Source: Mustelus asterias | Lineage: Eukaryota | Reading direction: 5' to 3' | Assembly (NCBI RefSeq): GCF_964213995.1 | Contig: NW_027590117.1 | Span: forward strand, 868,001 to 932,000 | DNA: 64,000 nt | Shown here: positions 25,730-38,610 of the stretch, one piece after another | How positions within the stretch are numbered: position 1 is the stretch's first letter | Layout of the letters: every line of letters starts with the position of its first letter | Position numbers and translations under genes: made by a program | Notes under the pieces: generated by a model | Told to the model about the DNA's origin: nothing | Databases searched by the model: none | Seen by the model: the letters and a program-made list of their open reading frames with translations, nothing else

Positions 25730-26320
25730 AATTACCGTATGGAAGGAGGCCATTCGCCACATCCAGTCCATGCTGGTTCTCCGTGGAGCAATCCAGTCAG
25801 TCCCATTCTCCTGCTCTATCCCCATAGCCGAACAATTTTATTTCCCTCAAATGTCCATCCAAATTCCTCTTCGAAATAATTCATCGTCTCGGCTTCCAAC
25901 CTCAGTGACAGCAACTTCCAGGTTGTTACTGTCTGCATGAGAATTTCTTCCACACATCCCCCCAGTGTCTCTTTCAAAACCTTCAACTTGTGCCCCCTAG
26001 TCCTTATACGATCAGTGAATGGAATCAGCTTTTCGTTGTCTACCTGAACCACACCAGCCATAATCCTGTCCACCTCTATTAGATCTCTCTCTCAATCTGC
26101 TTTGCTCCAAAAAGATCAACCCCAGCTTCTGCAACCTAACTTTGTGGCTAAAATCTCTCATTGCTGAAACCATTCTGGTCAATCTCCTCTGCACTCGCTG
26201 AACCACCGTCACATGTTTCCTCAAGTGTGCTGAGCAGAACTGGACTCAATGCTTCAGCTGTGATCCAATCAGAGTTTTCTAAAGGCTCAGCATAACTTGC
26301 ATGATTCTGTACTCAATGCC
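25730..26320 (-). mobile_element. Degenerate CR1 3' fragment
   Basis: VQRVQRRLTRMV..RTRGHKLKV. Confidence 0.75.
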
Positions 26321-26444
26321 TGTGTCCTCATGGAGAGGGTCACTCATGTGGACGAGGAGGGTTTGAACTAAACTGGCAGGGGATGGGCACCATTGTATAG
26401 AAGTGGAAAAGAGGAATATCTAGAGAAAGAAAAAAAATCACCGG

Positions 26445-27840
26445 CTCCAACGCACGCCTCCCTGATGAGCTCAATGCATTCTGTGCCTGCTCTGAGCAAG
26501 AGGTCAGCGAGAGCACGCCCTCCACCCTGGAAGCCGGAGATGAATCTGTATCTGAGGTCACCATTGCAAATGTCAGAGCAGCTTTCTCAGAGGTCAACCC
26601 AAGGGAAGTGACTGCCTCGGATGGGGTACCCGGACGAGCACTCAGTTCCTGCATGGATCAGCTGGCGGGGGCATTCGCAGACATCTTCAACCTCTTTTTA
26701 CAACAATCTCAGGTCCCTACCTGCTTCAAGATGACGACCATCATCCCAGTACCAAAGAAAAGCTAAGCAGCGTGCCTCAATGACCATTATCCAGTGGCTC
26801 AGACATCCATCATTAGGAAGTGCATCGAAGGATTAGACATGGCACAAATCAATTCCAGCCTCCCAGACTATCTGGATCCACTACAGTTCGCCTGCCAGCG
26901 CAACAGTACACAGCAGACGCCATCTCCCTGCCCCTGCACTCAGCCCTGGAACACCTAGATAACAAAGACACTTACAGCAGACTTCTATTTATTGACTGCA
27001 GCTCAGCCTTCAACACCATTATTCCACAAAACTCATCTCCAAACTCCGTGGCCTGGACCTCGGCTTCTCTCTCTACGACTGGGTACTGAACTTCCTAACC
27101 CACAGACCACAATCAGAAAGGATAAGCAACAACACCTCCTCCACTATCATCCTCAACACTGGTGCCCCACAAGGCTGTGTTCTCAGCCCCCTACTATACT
27201 CCTGATACGCCTGTGACTGTGTGGCCAAATTCCCCTCCAATTCGATTTTCAAGTTTGCTGACGACACCACCGTAGTGTGCCGGATCGCAAACAATCATGA
27301 GAGAGTTCAGGAACGAGATAGAGAATCTGGTGAACTGGTGCAGCAACAATAATCTGTCCCCCAATGTCAACAAAATGAAGGAGCTTGTCATCTACTTCAG
27401 GAAGCATAAGAGAGAACATGCCCCTGTCTACATTAACGGGGACGAAGTAGAAATGGTCAAGAGCTTCATGTTTTTAGGTGTCCAGATCACCAACAACCTG
27501 TCCTGGTCCCCCACATGCCGACACTATAGTTAAGAAAGCCCCACCAACGCCTCTACTTTCTCCGAAGACTAAAGAAATTTAGCACATCAGCTACGACTCT
27601 CACCAACTGTTACTGATGCACCATAGAAAGCATTATTTCTGGTTGTATCACAGCTTGGTTTGGCTCCTGCTCTGCCCAAGACTGCAAGAAGCTACAAAAT
27701 GTTGTGAATGTAGCCCAATCCATCACGCAAACCAGCCTCCCATCCATTGACTCTGTATACACTTCCTGCTGCCAGCCAGCAGATTTCAGGACCCCACTCA
27801 CCCCGGACATTATCTCTTCCACCTTCTTCTTTTGGGAAAA
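26445..27840 (+). mobile_element. Rex1/Babar-type LINE RT fragment, degenerate
   Basis: [64 protein letters not shown]. Confidence 0.8.
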
Positions 27841-27879
27841 GTAGTGCATGTCAGAAGAATTCTTCAAGTGAGAACCATT

Positions 27880-29370
27880 AGAGTGTGGAATTCACACACT
27901 GTCTGTCCATCTCTGTTACTGTATGAGAATGTGGAGTTAACTCATTCCTGCTATCTGTCAATCTGTACATGAGAGCACGATTCACTCTGTCAGTCTCTGT
28001 TACTGTACCTCAGGGTGGAACTACAGTGAATTTCTTCCTGTCAGTTTATTTGAGGATGGATTAATTCTCTGATATATCACCCTGTATTCATGCAAGTGAA
28101 TGTGGAATTAAATTGATTCGCCAGTCTCTGTTCCTGTGTTTCAGTTTGCAATTACCTCTCTTGGGGCATCTTGACAAGTACACGAATGAGATGGGAATCG
28201 AGGGACATGGTCCCCGGAAGCGTAGGGGGTTTTAGCTAAATCGGGCAGCATGGTCGGTGCGGACTTGGAGGGCTGAAGGGCCTGTTCCTGTGCTGTACTT
28301 TGCCTTGTTCTCTGTCCTACCCTGAGGGTTGATTTGCTCAGTTGGCTGGACAGCTGGACAGTGATGCAGAGTAACCCCAACAGCGTGGGTTCATATTCCT
28401 GTACCAGCTGAGGATATTCATGAAAGGAAAGAGCAGCCTATGATCATCTGGGACTGTGCTGAATTTAGCCATTACCTTTCTGTCCATCTTTGTTAGCGTA
28501 TGTGAATATAGAATTAATTCTGTATCTGTTATTCTCTATTACTGTGTGTGAATGGGGCACTAACACTGTTCATCTCTGATTTGCACATGAAGCTGGAATT
28601 AACTCTTCTCTATTCTTTATCCTTTACTGCAGTGTGGCATTAACACTCTGTCAATCTCTATCGCTGTGTGTAGATGTGGAATTGACTCAATCAATTGATA
28701 ATAATGTCTGTGTCAGTGTCTGTTCGTGTATGGAAGTGGGTCACTGTCAGCTTAGCAAACTGCAGTGAGTGCAGGCTGATTCCTGAGATGAAGGAGTTCT
28801 CTTATGAGGAAAAATTAAACAAGATCTAGCCAATTTTCAGTGGAGAAGAATGAGCGAGGATTGTACAAAAACATATAAGATTCTCAAGGGCTTGACAGTG
28901 TAGATGCTGAGTGGGATGTTGCAATGTGTCGGGGGAAACTGGAACTAGAGGCACAGTTTAAAGATAAAGCATCTCCAATTTAAGATGGAGATTAGGAGGA
29001 ATTACTTATTTTAAGGGAACCTTAATTTTTGTCATTGAATAGATTCAATCTTGAGTTAGACAGATTTGTGAGCGACAAGAGAATCAAGGGTTATGGGGAC
29101 AGGCACTGAAGTGGAGTGGAGGCCACAATCAGATCAGCCATGATCTTACTGAATGGCAGAACAGGCCTGATGGGCTGAATGGCCTTCTCCTGCTCCTTTT
29201 TCTTATGTTCTGATAGTGTGTGTGGGACTAACTCTTTTTCTCAGTCTCTGTTACAGTTTTCAGTGTGGAATTAACTCAGTCTGATACTGCATATCAATGT
29301 GGAATTGATTCTCTGTCCAACACTTATTGTATGTGAGTGTGCAATGTTTCTTTAACTGTACAAGACACAG
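27880..29370. repeat. Degenerate minisatellite-like tract (GTGGAATTAACTC..CTGTC..TGTGAG units) interrupted by CR1 pieces
   Basis: Recurrent GTGGAATT(A/G)A motif; related tracts at ~34100-34700, 39560-40250 and (reverse) 42960-43600. Confidence 0.5.
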
Positions 29371-30384
29371 TTAATGATCTTTGATCAGAAGTGTTTTGAC
29401 CCTACTGCTCTCAAATTTACTCAGAATTAAACCCATCCATTTCTACACACCAAAGTCACCCAAACAAAAACATACCTTCACAGAAACTGAGGGGCCGAAT
29501 TCCAAAACCAACATCCAGCTTGATTCAAAATCGCTCTTAATTTGTCTATTTCAGGCCTCAGTTTTCTGAGCAACAGTTGCAATAATTCACAGGTGAAATC
29601 ATGTGGACGCTGGACATCTGAAACAGGGTGAAAATTCTGGAATACACAACAGGTCAGGCAGCATCTGTAGAGAGAGAAACGGGGTTCATGTTTCAGCTCA
29701 CTGACAACAGCCTGCAATAAACTACTTGCTGATATCTGCTCGTGGCGGTCACAGTTCCCACGTGAGGAGGTAATGGTGTCGTGGTATTGTCACTGGACGA
29801 GTGACCTAGAGGTCCAGTGCAATTCAATGGGACCTGATTATCACCTCAGCACAGTGTGCAATTTGAGCTCAATTAAAATCTGGAATTAAAGGTCTAATGA
29901 TGGCCATGCTGTAAATACCCATTTGGTTCACTGATACCCCTTTAGGAAAGGAAATCCACCCACATTACCTGTTCTGGCCGACCTGTGACTCCAGACCCAC
30001 AGTATGTTTTTGACTGTTTAATGCCCTCCGAAATGGCCGAACAAGCCACTCAGTTCAAAGGTAATTAGTGCAATAAATGCTGGCCAAGCCAGCGACGCAC
30101 ACATCACATGAATGAAAGCAATTCTCTGCGCCCCAGAAAGCGCTCTATCCAACACACTGACTTGCCCAGGCACTGAGAGTGGGCATGCTACCCAGGGGCA
30201 GCCGCAGGGCAATCGGTGCTGGAACTTTCCCCACTGCCACTTGTCTCCCGTTCCACCAAGCTGCCTGTGTCCTTTTGAAGTTTCCCACTTTCCTCCTCAC
30301 AGTTGTCAATGCCTCCAAGTTTGGTGGCGTGTGGAAATGTTGAGCTTGTGTCCTGTACACCAAGGTGTGTGTCATTAATATATT

Positions 30385-30510
30385 AAGAAGCTTAACAACA
30401 CCAGGTTAAAGTCCAACAGGTTTATTTGGTAGCAACAGCCACACAAGCTTGTGGTGTTGTGAAACTTCTTACTGTGTTTACCCCAGTCCAACGCCGGCAT
30501 CTCCACATCA
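30385..30510. mobile_element. Fold-back Penelope terminal remnant
   Basis: Minus-strand terminus joined to plus-strand tail ..CCAGTCCAACGCCGGCATCTCCACATCA. Confidence 0.7.
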
Positions 30511-32539
30511 TTAATATATATCAGGAAGAGCAGGGCTCCTAAGACGAGCCCTGGGAACTCCACTGGAAACCTCCCTCCAGTCTGAAAAGCAACCATTAAC
30601 CACTGCTCTCTGTTTCCTCTCACTCGCACTATTCCATATGGGGCGGTGAGGATGGCCTCGCTGCACCATCCGCTTCAATGGTGCCACTCCCCTGGATCCC
30701 TCGCCGGACGCAAGCTCCTCCGCCTCGGCCTCTGACTCGATATTACTACGGCTGCGCGTGACCCCACTGAACTTCCGGGATCCGCTCCGCGCAGACATCC
30801 GGTATCCGAGGGCGCGGCCTAACGGCACCTGCGCCGTGCGGACCATTCTGAATGAGATAGACCATATTCCCTCGCGCGCTGGATCGTGGGTTACCCAGGC
30901 CACCAATGGAATTAAATTTAAACCCATCAGCATTCTGAAAGAGATTTCCTCTCCCTTTAGTGCTTCCTCTTATCTAAAGTACAGGCTCAAAATGTATTTC
31001 TATCCTTATTTGTCCAATGACATTTTGAATTTACTTTTCATTCTAATTGGCTTCGATTACAGACATCATATTCAAGATCACAACAACTTTCTGCCTAATG
31101 TAACGACAAATATGTTCCCTGACGGTTTTCTTTGTTCTTTTATATCATTCACAACGAACTCGTGCCATTGGTTCACAGAAACATTTTATTTTCATTTACT
31201 CTATAGAAACCGATCATGATTTTAATCACCTCCCTGAAAATTCCTCTCAACCTTCGCACTGACTTCAAATGGTATGAATGCAGGAAGTATGAATTTAATT
31301 TCTATGTTCTGTAATTACATAACAAGTGAGCTGCTGCAGAGACAAGCAGAGTTAATGGCAAATATTTCAGAACAACATCTGCCCATTAGAACAGGTTGAA
31401 GTTAGAAATGTAATACATTACAGGCAAATGGAGAGGAGAGGGGCTCATGTGAAAAAGAACGAAATGGAATATCTGTGACATGTACAGATGCATTAAATAA
31501 TAAGAATTAGTTACACGGTGAAAGGGATAATCACCAGATACATAAAGTAAGAAAAATCTGAATGGAGGAGAGGTGCTCTGAACACCAGGAAAGACCCAGG
31601 ACAGAATGATCCATGTGAGAGTGAGATGCAGAATGAAAATGGCAGGTGACTAGAAACTCTTATCAGAAATTCAATCATCGTTGTGAACTGATTGGAAATG
31701 TTCCAAGTGTGGAAGATGGGAGCGACACACTTGAGAACCCTGCCTGCCATAGAGCGGTGAGAGGATTGGTTGAGGAAAGAGAAGAAATATCAGAAGTTCC
31801 TGAATGGAAGGTCGTATTATCTTTCCTCACAGTTCAATGTCTATATGGAGGAGAATTAGCTTTTGCAACATTATATTTTTTTCTAAAATTTCACTGCTCA
31901 TGATGTGCTCGACATTGGTAGATTGAGTGACTGCTTTGTGGAACATCTCCCATCAGTCCAGAAGCATGTCTCAGATCCAATCTTGAACGAGAATCCTAAA
32001 CCTAAATAAAGAAAACTAGGAAGGTATGAGAGGTGAGTTTGCTAAAATAGATTACGGATTAATACATTCATAAAATGGCATAATGGTCGATAGGCAATGG
32101 CTAATATTTAAGGCATAGTTGTATGTAATGAAAGAGTTATACATTCCTTTCTGGCACGTAAACATAACTGGAAAAGTGGCCCAATCATGGCTCACAAAAT
32201 AAATTAAATAGTATTGGATCCAAAGAAGAATATGAGAATATAAAAGCGTGGAGCAGCAGTAGGCCATTTGTCACCTCGAGCCTGCACCGCTATTCAAAAA
32301 GAACATGGCTGATCTTTTCATGAACACTTTACACAAATGATCAGTCGGTCCATTCTCCTTTGCCTGTGTCTCCTGACAGTCTCTTGCTGATTTTATATGT
32401 GTCCCATTCTTGGTGTGTTAAGCATGGAATTGTGCCGCCAGGCGGAGCTGCCTCATTTTCTGACATTAAACAGCAATGCAACAGTGAAATTTTGTCCTGC
32501 TACAGCGCAGCAATAATAAGCAGGAAGCTGTAAGCTTAT

Positions 32540-32611
32540 AGCAGAGTGGCGCAGCGGAAGCGTGCTGGGCCCATAACCCAGAGGTCGATAGATTGAAACC
32601 ATTCTCTGCTG
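32540..32611 (+). tRNA. Initiator tRNA-Met(CAT), T-arm mutated
   Basis: AGCAGAGTGGCGCAGCGGAAGCGTGCTGGGCCCATAACCCAGAGGTCGATAGATTGAAACC. Confidence 0.85.
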
Positions 32612-33793
32612 TTCACCTTTTCAGGGGGAGTTTGAAAGAAAAACATTTCGCATTTCCCCACAAACATATATTTTATTTCTTTGCAGGAAACAGTTATTTT
32701 CATCAACTCTCGCTTGCAGATCACAATTTGATCTGCAGCAAGCTCACTGCTGTAAATGCTACAAACAGCTTTCCCACTTTCCTCAGGGCAGTTCTGACAG
32801 TCAAATGACCTTTAAATCACAGAATCCCGACAGTGCTGAAAGAGACCATTTGGCCCATTGAAACTGCACTGACTCTCCGACCGAGCATCCCATCCATGTC
32901 ATTTGGCCAGAGCCCCACGCACCCACCCCGCTAATCTACCTAACCTTCACTTTTTACCACACAAAGGCCAATCTAGAATGACCAATCCACCCAACCTGCA
33001 CATCTTTGGACTGTGGAAGGAAGCCGGAGTACCCGGTTTCCAGATGTAACTTGCCTGGGTGAATGCAGCTCCAACAACACGAGACGTTTGACACTATCCA
33101 GTACAAAGCATCTGACTTAATTCGTTTCCCATCCACAAAGAGTCACTCCCTGCACCAAAAGTTAAAGTTAAAGTGTATTTATGAGTCACAATAAGGCTTA
33201 TGTTACCATTGAGAGACAGTGTCAGCAGTGCACACCATCTACAAGATGCATTGCCAGAATTCGCAAAGGTGTATTTGACAGAACCTTCCAAACCCACCAT
33301 GACGATAGCCTAGAAGGAAAAGGAAAAGCAGATGCATCAGAACAACACCACCTGGAAATCTCCCTCCAAGCCACTCATCATCAGGGCTTGGAAATATATC
33401 ACCGTTCCTTCAGTGTCAGTAGGTCAGAGTCCAGGAACTTCCCACTCCCCAACATCCCCCCCCCCCCCCCCCAAAATAAACGCACTGTGGGTGTACCAAA
33501 TGGCATTGGCAGCAGCAGTTGAAGATTGCAGTTCAGCACCGCCGACCCCAGGGCAATTATGGGTGGCAATAAATCCTGGCCGAGCCAGTGATGCCCTCAT
33601 CCCATGAATGGATAAAGTAAAAAAAAAACAACTGATCAAAAAGGTTCCTCCCCACCTCTGCCTTAAAGGGGAGGTCACATCTTTCAAAAAAATCTCTGCT
33701 CTTCTGGTCACATTTTCAGTGTAATTCTGAGCACAATCAGGATTATTTAGTAAGTGTTGCCCCATTGCAGAATCACATTGTGCAGTAGCGACC

Positions 33794-33987
33794 AAAAGAG
33801 AAAATGCTGGAGAATCTCAGCAGGTCTGGCAGCATCTGTATGGACAGAAAAGAGCTGACGTTTCGATTCCAGATGACCCTTTGTCGAAGACCTTTGTCAT
33901 CTTACAGATGCTGCCAGACCTGCTGAGATTTTCCAGAATTTTCTCTTTTGATTTCAGATTCCAGCATCCACAGTAATTTGCTTTTAT
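33794..33987. mobile_element. Short fold-back non-autonomous element with 16-bp TSD
   Basis: ~48-bp inverted arms 33793-33840 / 33903-33950; TTGTGCAGTAGCGACC duplicated at 33778-33793 and 33988-34003. Confidence 0.85.
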
Positions 33988-35533
33988 TTGTGCAGTAGCG
34001 ACCTGCCTGGTTATGTGTATGGTAGGATTTGTCGTCATGATCCACCATATTCCCGTAGGTATGGGCTGCCCAAGACACAAAATCAGTGTTGGAATCAATT
34101 CACATGTTTCAGTATCTGGTTTCATTCTGTATCTGAATTTGTCTGGTGTTGTTTCTGAAGGTGCCAGTTATATATATCTGGCAGCCACTTATAAAGTGTG
34201 TGAGTGTTGGATCATTCTAGACCTGTCAATGGCCTCTATATCTGTGAGCATTTTATATAAGTGTGGCAAACATCAGTAATTTTAAATCCCCTGCTGCTGT
34301 TTATGGAACATATGCTTTAATTCCCCTGGTACTGTTTGCAGAACATCAGCTTCATGCTGTTCCTGTCAGTGGAATTAATCATGTATGTAAATCTATGGTG
34401 CTGTTTAAAATTGTGTCTCACATTTGGGATTTTTCACTCACATCTCTCTCTATCTAATCTTCCATTTGTTTCCGTTGCTCTGTGTGAGCCTTTGGTTGTT
34501 TCCAAATCCCTCAGTGATACAATTGGTGTGTGTGTGGTTTATTTCACATCACTCAGACTCAGCTCCTGTGAGTGAGTGCAGTAAACAGCCTGTACTTTTC
34601 AGCTGTTGATGCTGAACATGTGATTCAGAACTATTCTCTTATTTATCAGTCTTTGGTATTTAGTGTGAATATGGGATTAATTAATTAACCTTCAATCTTT
34701 GGGACAAGTTATCTGTTTGGATTAATTCCAAATAACTTTCCAACACAGAAATAGGCAACTGATGCAGTAGGTTTGAAGCAAATAATGTGAGTGAGTTTCG
34801 GCCCAGCAATAAATCTCTGTCACTGTGAACACAATTGTGAAAGATAATGTATCCTTCAATCTGATACTGGATTGCTATGCAAGTTTCACTCAGGTTGTTC
34901 ACATTGATTTGATCTGTGACAGTCTGATTCTGAGTAAGAATTTTGACATGAGTGTAAAATGGAGCTCAGTCTGGAATTGGTACAGTGTCTTCCATCTGGC
35001 TCAGTGTCAGTGAGGATTAGTTTATAATTTATGGTTCAGTTCATAGTCATCAAACTGAGATTGTAACCTTTAGTTTCATAATCTGGGTGAGCTTTCAACT
35101 GGAACCTGAGTTTGTATCTCAATTAATATTTGTGAGAACTCACCATGGCGATTAGTACTGCCAGTTCCAAACCCCTGATGTGGGTGATATGACTGGTATT
35201 TAACTGAAATTTCAAAGTGCATTATTAAGGTTAATTGTGTAACATTTAAGCAAAAAAACATTTTACGGTTTTATCAGATACTTAATTTGGAGCTAAGGCT
35301 GCTCTATTGTGGGATTGACACAGTGATGATCTGATAATGGTTTGGACTGGGATTTATGGATCCCTCTGTCAGCGGTATTGAGATTGATTTGATTTCTTAT
35401 TGTGACAAGAAATAATTACTATGCTGTGAAAACTCTGGTTTCTTGCGCACTATACAGACTGAGCATACCGTTCGCAGAGTCTATAGGAGAGAAGGAAAGG
35501 AGAGGGTGCAGAATGTAGTGTTAAAAATCCTTC

Positions 35534-35616
35534 TACCAGGAGTGGGGTTCAAACCCATGCGGACATATGTCCATTGGATCTTAAATTCAACGCCTTAACC
35601 ACTCGGCCATCCTGGT
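35534..35616 (-). tRNA. tRNA-Leu(TAA), mutated, likely pseudogene
   Basis: rc ACCAGGATGGCCGAGTGGTTAAGGCGTTGAATTTAAGATCCAATGGACATATGTCCGCATGGGTTTGAACCCCACTCCTGGTA. Confidence 0.85.
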
Positions 35617-36074
35617 ACGAAAACTAGACGTGATAGGGACACAGCGTCTGCCATTCCTGCTGTTTGATTGCTGGATTAAAAATGTGCCTCTGGAATCATT
35701 TCTGTTCTCGGAGACTGTGGAATTGTGAGAAGGAGCTGGGACATTCTTCCGTGTAACTCCTGTGGAGGAAATATCTGGTTTCTTCAAATATATATCTGTG
35801 GAAACAAAGTACATTTAAAATCTCAAATACTGATTCCGTCAGTTTAATCTCTATTAATAATCATTGTGAGCGATTTGCGAGGCTGCAGCCAGACTCGAGC
35901 TCTGATTGGACACTCATGTCAATCCAATTCTTCACCAATCGGAGAGCAAGGGAGAAGAAATGGGAGGTTTTGATTGGTTCACATTTTCAAATTGGAAAAA
36001 CCCGCCAATTTCAGTGCAGGAAAAATACAAAACAACCGAACGCCTTAATGTTCAGGAAACTATTTCAATCTCAC

Positions 36075-36598
36075 GCACGGATGAATTAACACCGCTCGAC
36101 AATCACCAGGCAAGACTGTTCTCTTCCTGTTGGGGAGCACTTCAGCGGTCACGGGCATTCGGCCTCTGATATTCGGGTAAGCGTTCTCCAAGGTGGCCTT
36201 CGCGACACACGACGGCGCAGAGTCGCTGAGCAGAAACTGATAGCCAAGTTCCGCACACACGAGGACGGCCTCAACCGGGATATTGGGTTCATGTCACACT
36301 ATTTGTAACCCCCACAGAGTTTCACTGGCTGTCTTGTCTGGAGACAATACACATCCTTTTAGCCTGTCTTGATGCTCTCTCCACTCACGTTGTTTTGTTT
36401 CTTAAATACTTGATTAGTTGTAAGTATTCGCATTCCAACCATGATTCATGTAAATTGAGATTGTGTCTTTATATACTCTGTTTGTGAACAGAATTCCCAC
36501 TCACCTGAAGAAGGGGCTTGGAGCTCCGAAAGCTTGTGTGGCTTTTGCTACCAAATAAACCTGTTTGACTTTAACCTGGTGTTGTTAAACTTCTTACA
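36075..36598 (+). mobile_element. Penelope 3' fragment
   Basis: Near-identical to 20203-20722. Confidence 0.9.
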
Positions 36599-36939
36599 AT
36601 ATTTTATGAGTAGCAGTGTTTTATGCTGTTCTTGTCAATTTGCTGATTGCAAATACAGTATTCTGTTTCCTACCTCTAGTTTCTTTGCTTCTCTGTTAGG
36701 TGACAACAAATCCGGGAAACATGACCTGAAGTGAGGAGAATGGAGAGGAGAAATTTCTTCACCCAGATCTTGGTCAATCTGTGGAGTAAATTTGAGATAG
36801 CTCTTTGGACTCAAGGGATCAAGGAATATGGGGGGAAGGCGGGAACAGGATATTGATCTTGATGATCAGCCACAATCAAAACGAATGTTGGAGCAGGCTC
36901 CAAGGGCCAAATGACCTACTCCTGCTTGTATCTTCTATG

Positions 36940-37570
36940 TTTCTATTTTTAATACTTCCTGATGGTCTGATGAAAGTGAAATCAGGTTTAGCAAACCTGT
37001 TGGAGATCTGAGGATGCAACTAACTGAATAGATCAGGAGTAACCAGCTGTTGTGGTATATTTACATTTTCAGAAATCCTTTGATAAGTTTCCACACAAGA
37101 GGTTAATAAACACAATCAGAACACATGGTGAATACTGGCCTGGATTGAGAACTGGTTAAAGGACAGAAAACGGAGAATAGATATAAATAGGTCATATCAA
37201 GTTAGCAGACAATGACAAGTAGGGTACAACAAGGATCAGTGCTTGGGCCCCAACATTCACAATCTGTATCAATCTTTGGAGAATGCACAAAATAAGGTGG
37301 AAGTGTGAGTTGTGAAGAGGAGGCAAAAACTCCTCAAGGGGATTTGAAGTGGCTAAGAGAGTGGGCAACAATTTTGCAGATGGAATGCAATGTGCAGAGT
37401 ATTCCTTAAATGATGAGGGGCTTGAAAGTGTTGAAATTCAAAAGCACTTGTCTGTTCCTGTTCATGAGTTACAGAAAACTAATCTGCAGCTAGAACAAGC
37501 AATTAAAAAGGAAAATGGAATGTAAGCCTTTATTCCAAGATGTTTTGAATACGGGGTAAAGATGTTTTAC
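36940..37570 (+). mobile_element. Highly degenerate CR1 RT fragment
   Basis: DFQK-like/FDKFPH and QGSVLGP remnants. Confidence 0.55.
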
Positions 37571-37576
37571 TGTACT

Positions 37577-38610
37577 AAGAACAAAGAACAAAGAAAATTA
37601 CAGCACAGGAACAGGCCCTTCGGCCCTCCAAGCCTGCACCAGCAATGCTGCCCGACTTAACTAAAACCCCCTACGCTTCCGGGGACCATATCCCTCTATT
37701 CCCATCTCATTCATGTACTTGTCAAAACGCCCTTCAAAAGTCACTACCGTATCTGCTTCCACTATCTCCCCTGGCAACGAGTTCCAGGCACCCACCACTC
37801 TCTGTGTAAAAAATATGCCTCGTATATCTCTTAAAACTTGCCCCTCGCACCATAAACCTATGCCCCCTAGTAATTGACTCTTCCACCCTTGGAAAAAGCT
37901 TCTGACTATCCACTCTGTCCATGCCTCTCATAATCTTGTAGACTTCTTTCAGGTCTCCCCTCAACCTTCGTCACTCCAGTGAGAACAAACCAAGTTTCTC
38001 CAACCTCTCCTCGTAGCTAATGCCCTCCATTCCGGGCAACATCCGGGTAAATCTTTTATGTACCCTCTCCAAAGCCCCCACATCCTTCTGGTAGTGTGGC
38101 GACCAGAATTGAACACTATATTCCAAGTGCGGCCTCACTATGGTTCTATAAAGCGTCAGCATGACTTGCCAATTTTTAAACTCAATACCCCGGCCGATGA
38201 AGGCAAGCATGCCGTATGCCTTCTTGACTACTTTCTCCACCTACATTGCCACTTTCAGTGACCTGTTTACCTGTACACCCAGTTCCCTTTGCCTATCAAT
38301 ACTCCTAAGGGTTCTGCCATTTACAGTACATTTCCTATCTGTATTAGACCTTCCAAAATGCATTACCTCACATTTGTCCGGATTAAACACCATCTGCCAT
38401 CTCTCCGCCCAAGTCTCCAACTGATCTATATCCTGCTGTATCCTCTGATGGTCCTCATCACTATCCGCAAATCCACCAAACTTTGTGGCATCCGCAAACT
38501 TACTAATCAATCCAGTTACATTTTCCTCCAAATCATTTATATATATTACAAGCAGCAAAGATCCCAGCACTGATCCCTAAGGAACACCACTTGTCACAGC
38601 TCTCCATTCA
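37577..38610 (-). mobile_element. CR1 LINE 3' ~1 kb
   Basis: ISKFADATK, RPHLEYSVQFWSP, (TTCTTTG)n tail. Confidence 0.9.

Noticed and set aside
33715-33780. CDSAMGQHLLNNPDC peptide as a host gene exon
   Set aside because: Resembles the C-terminal part of an old PLE GIY-YIG domain; frameshifted in the paralog near 51570
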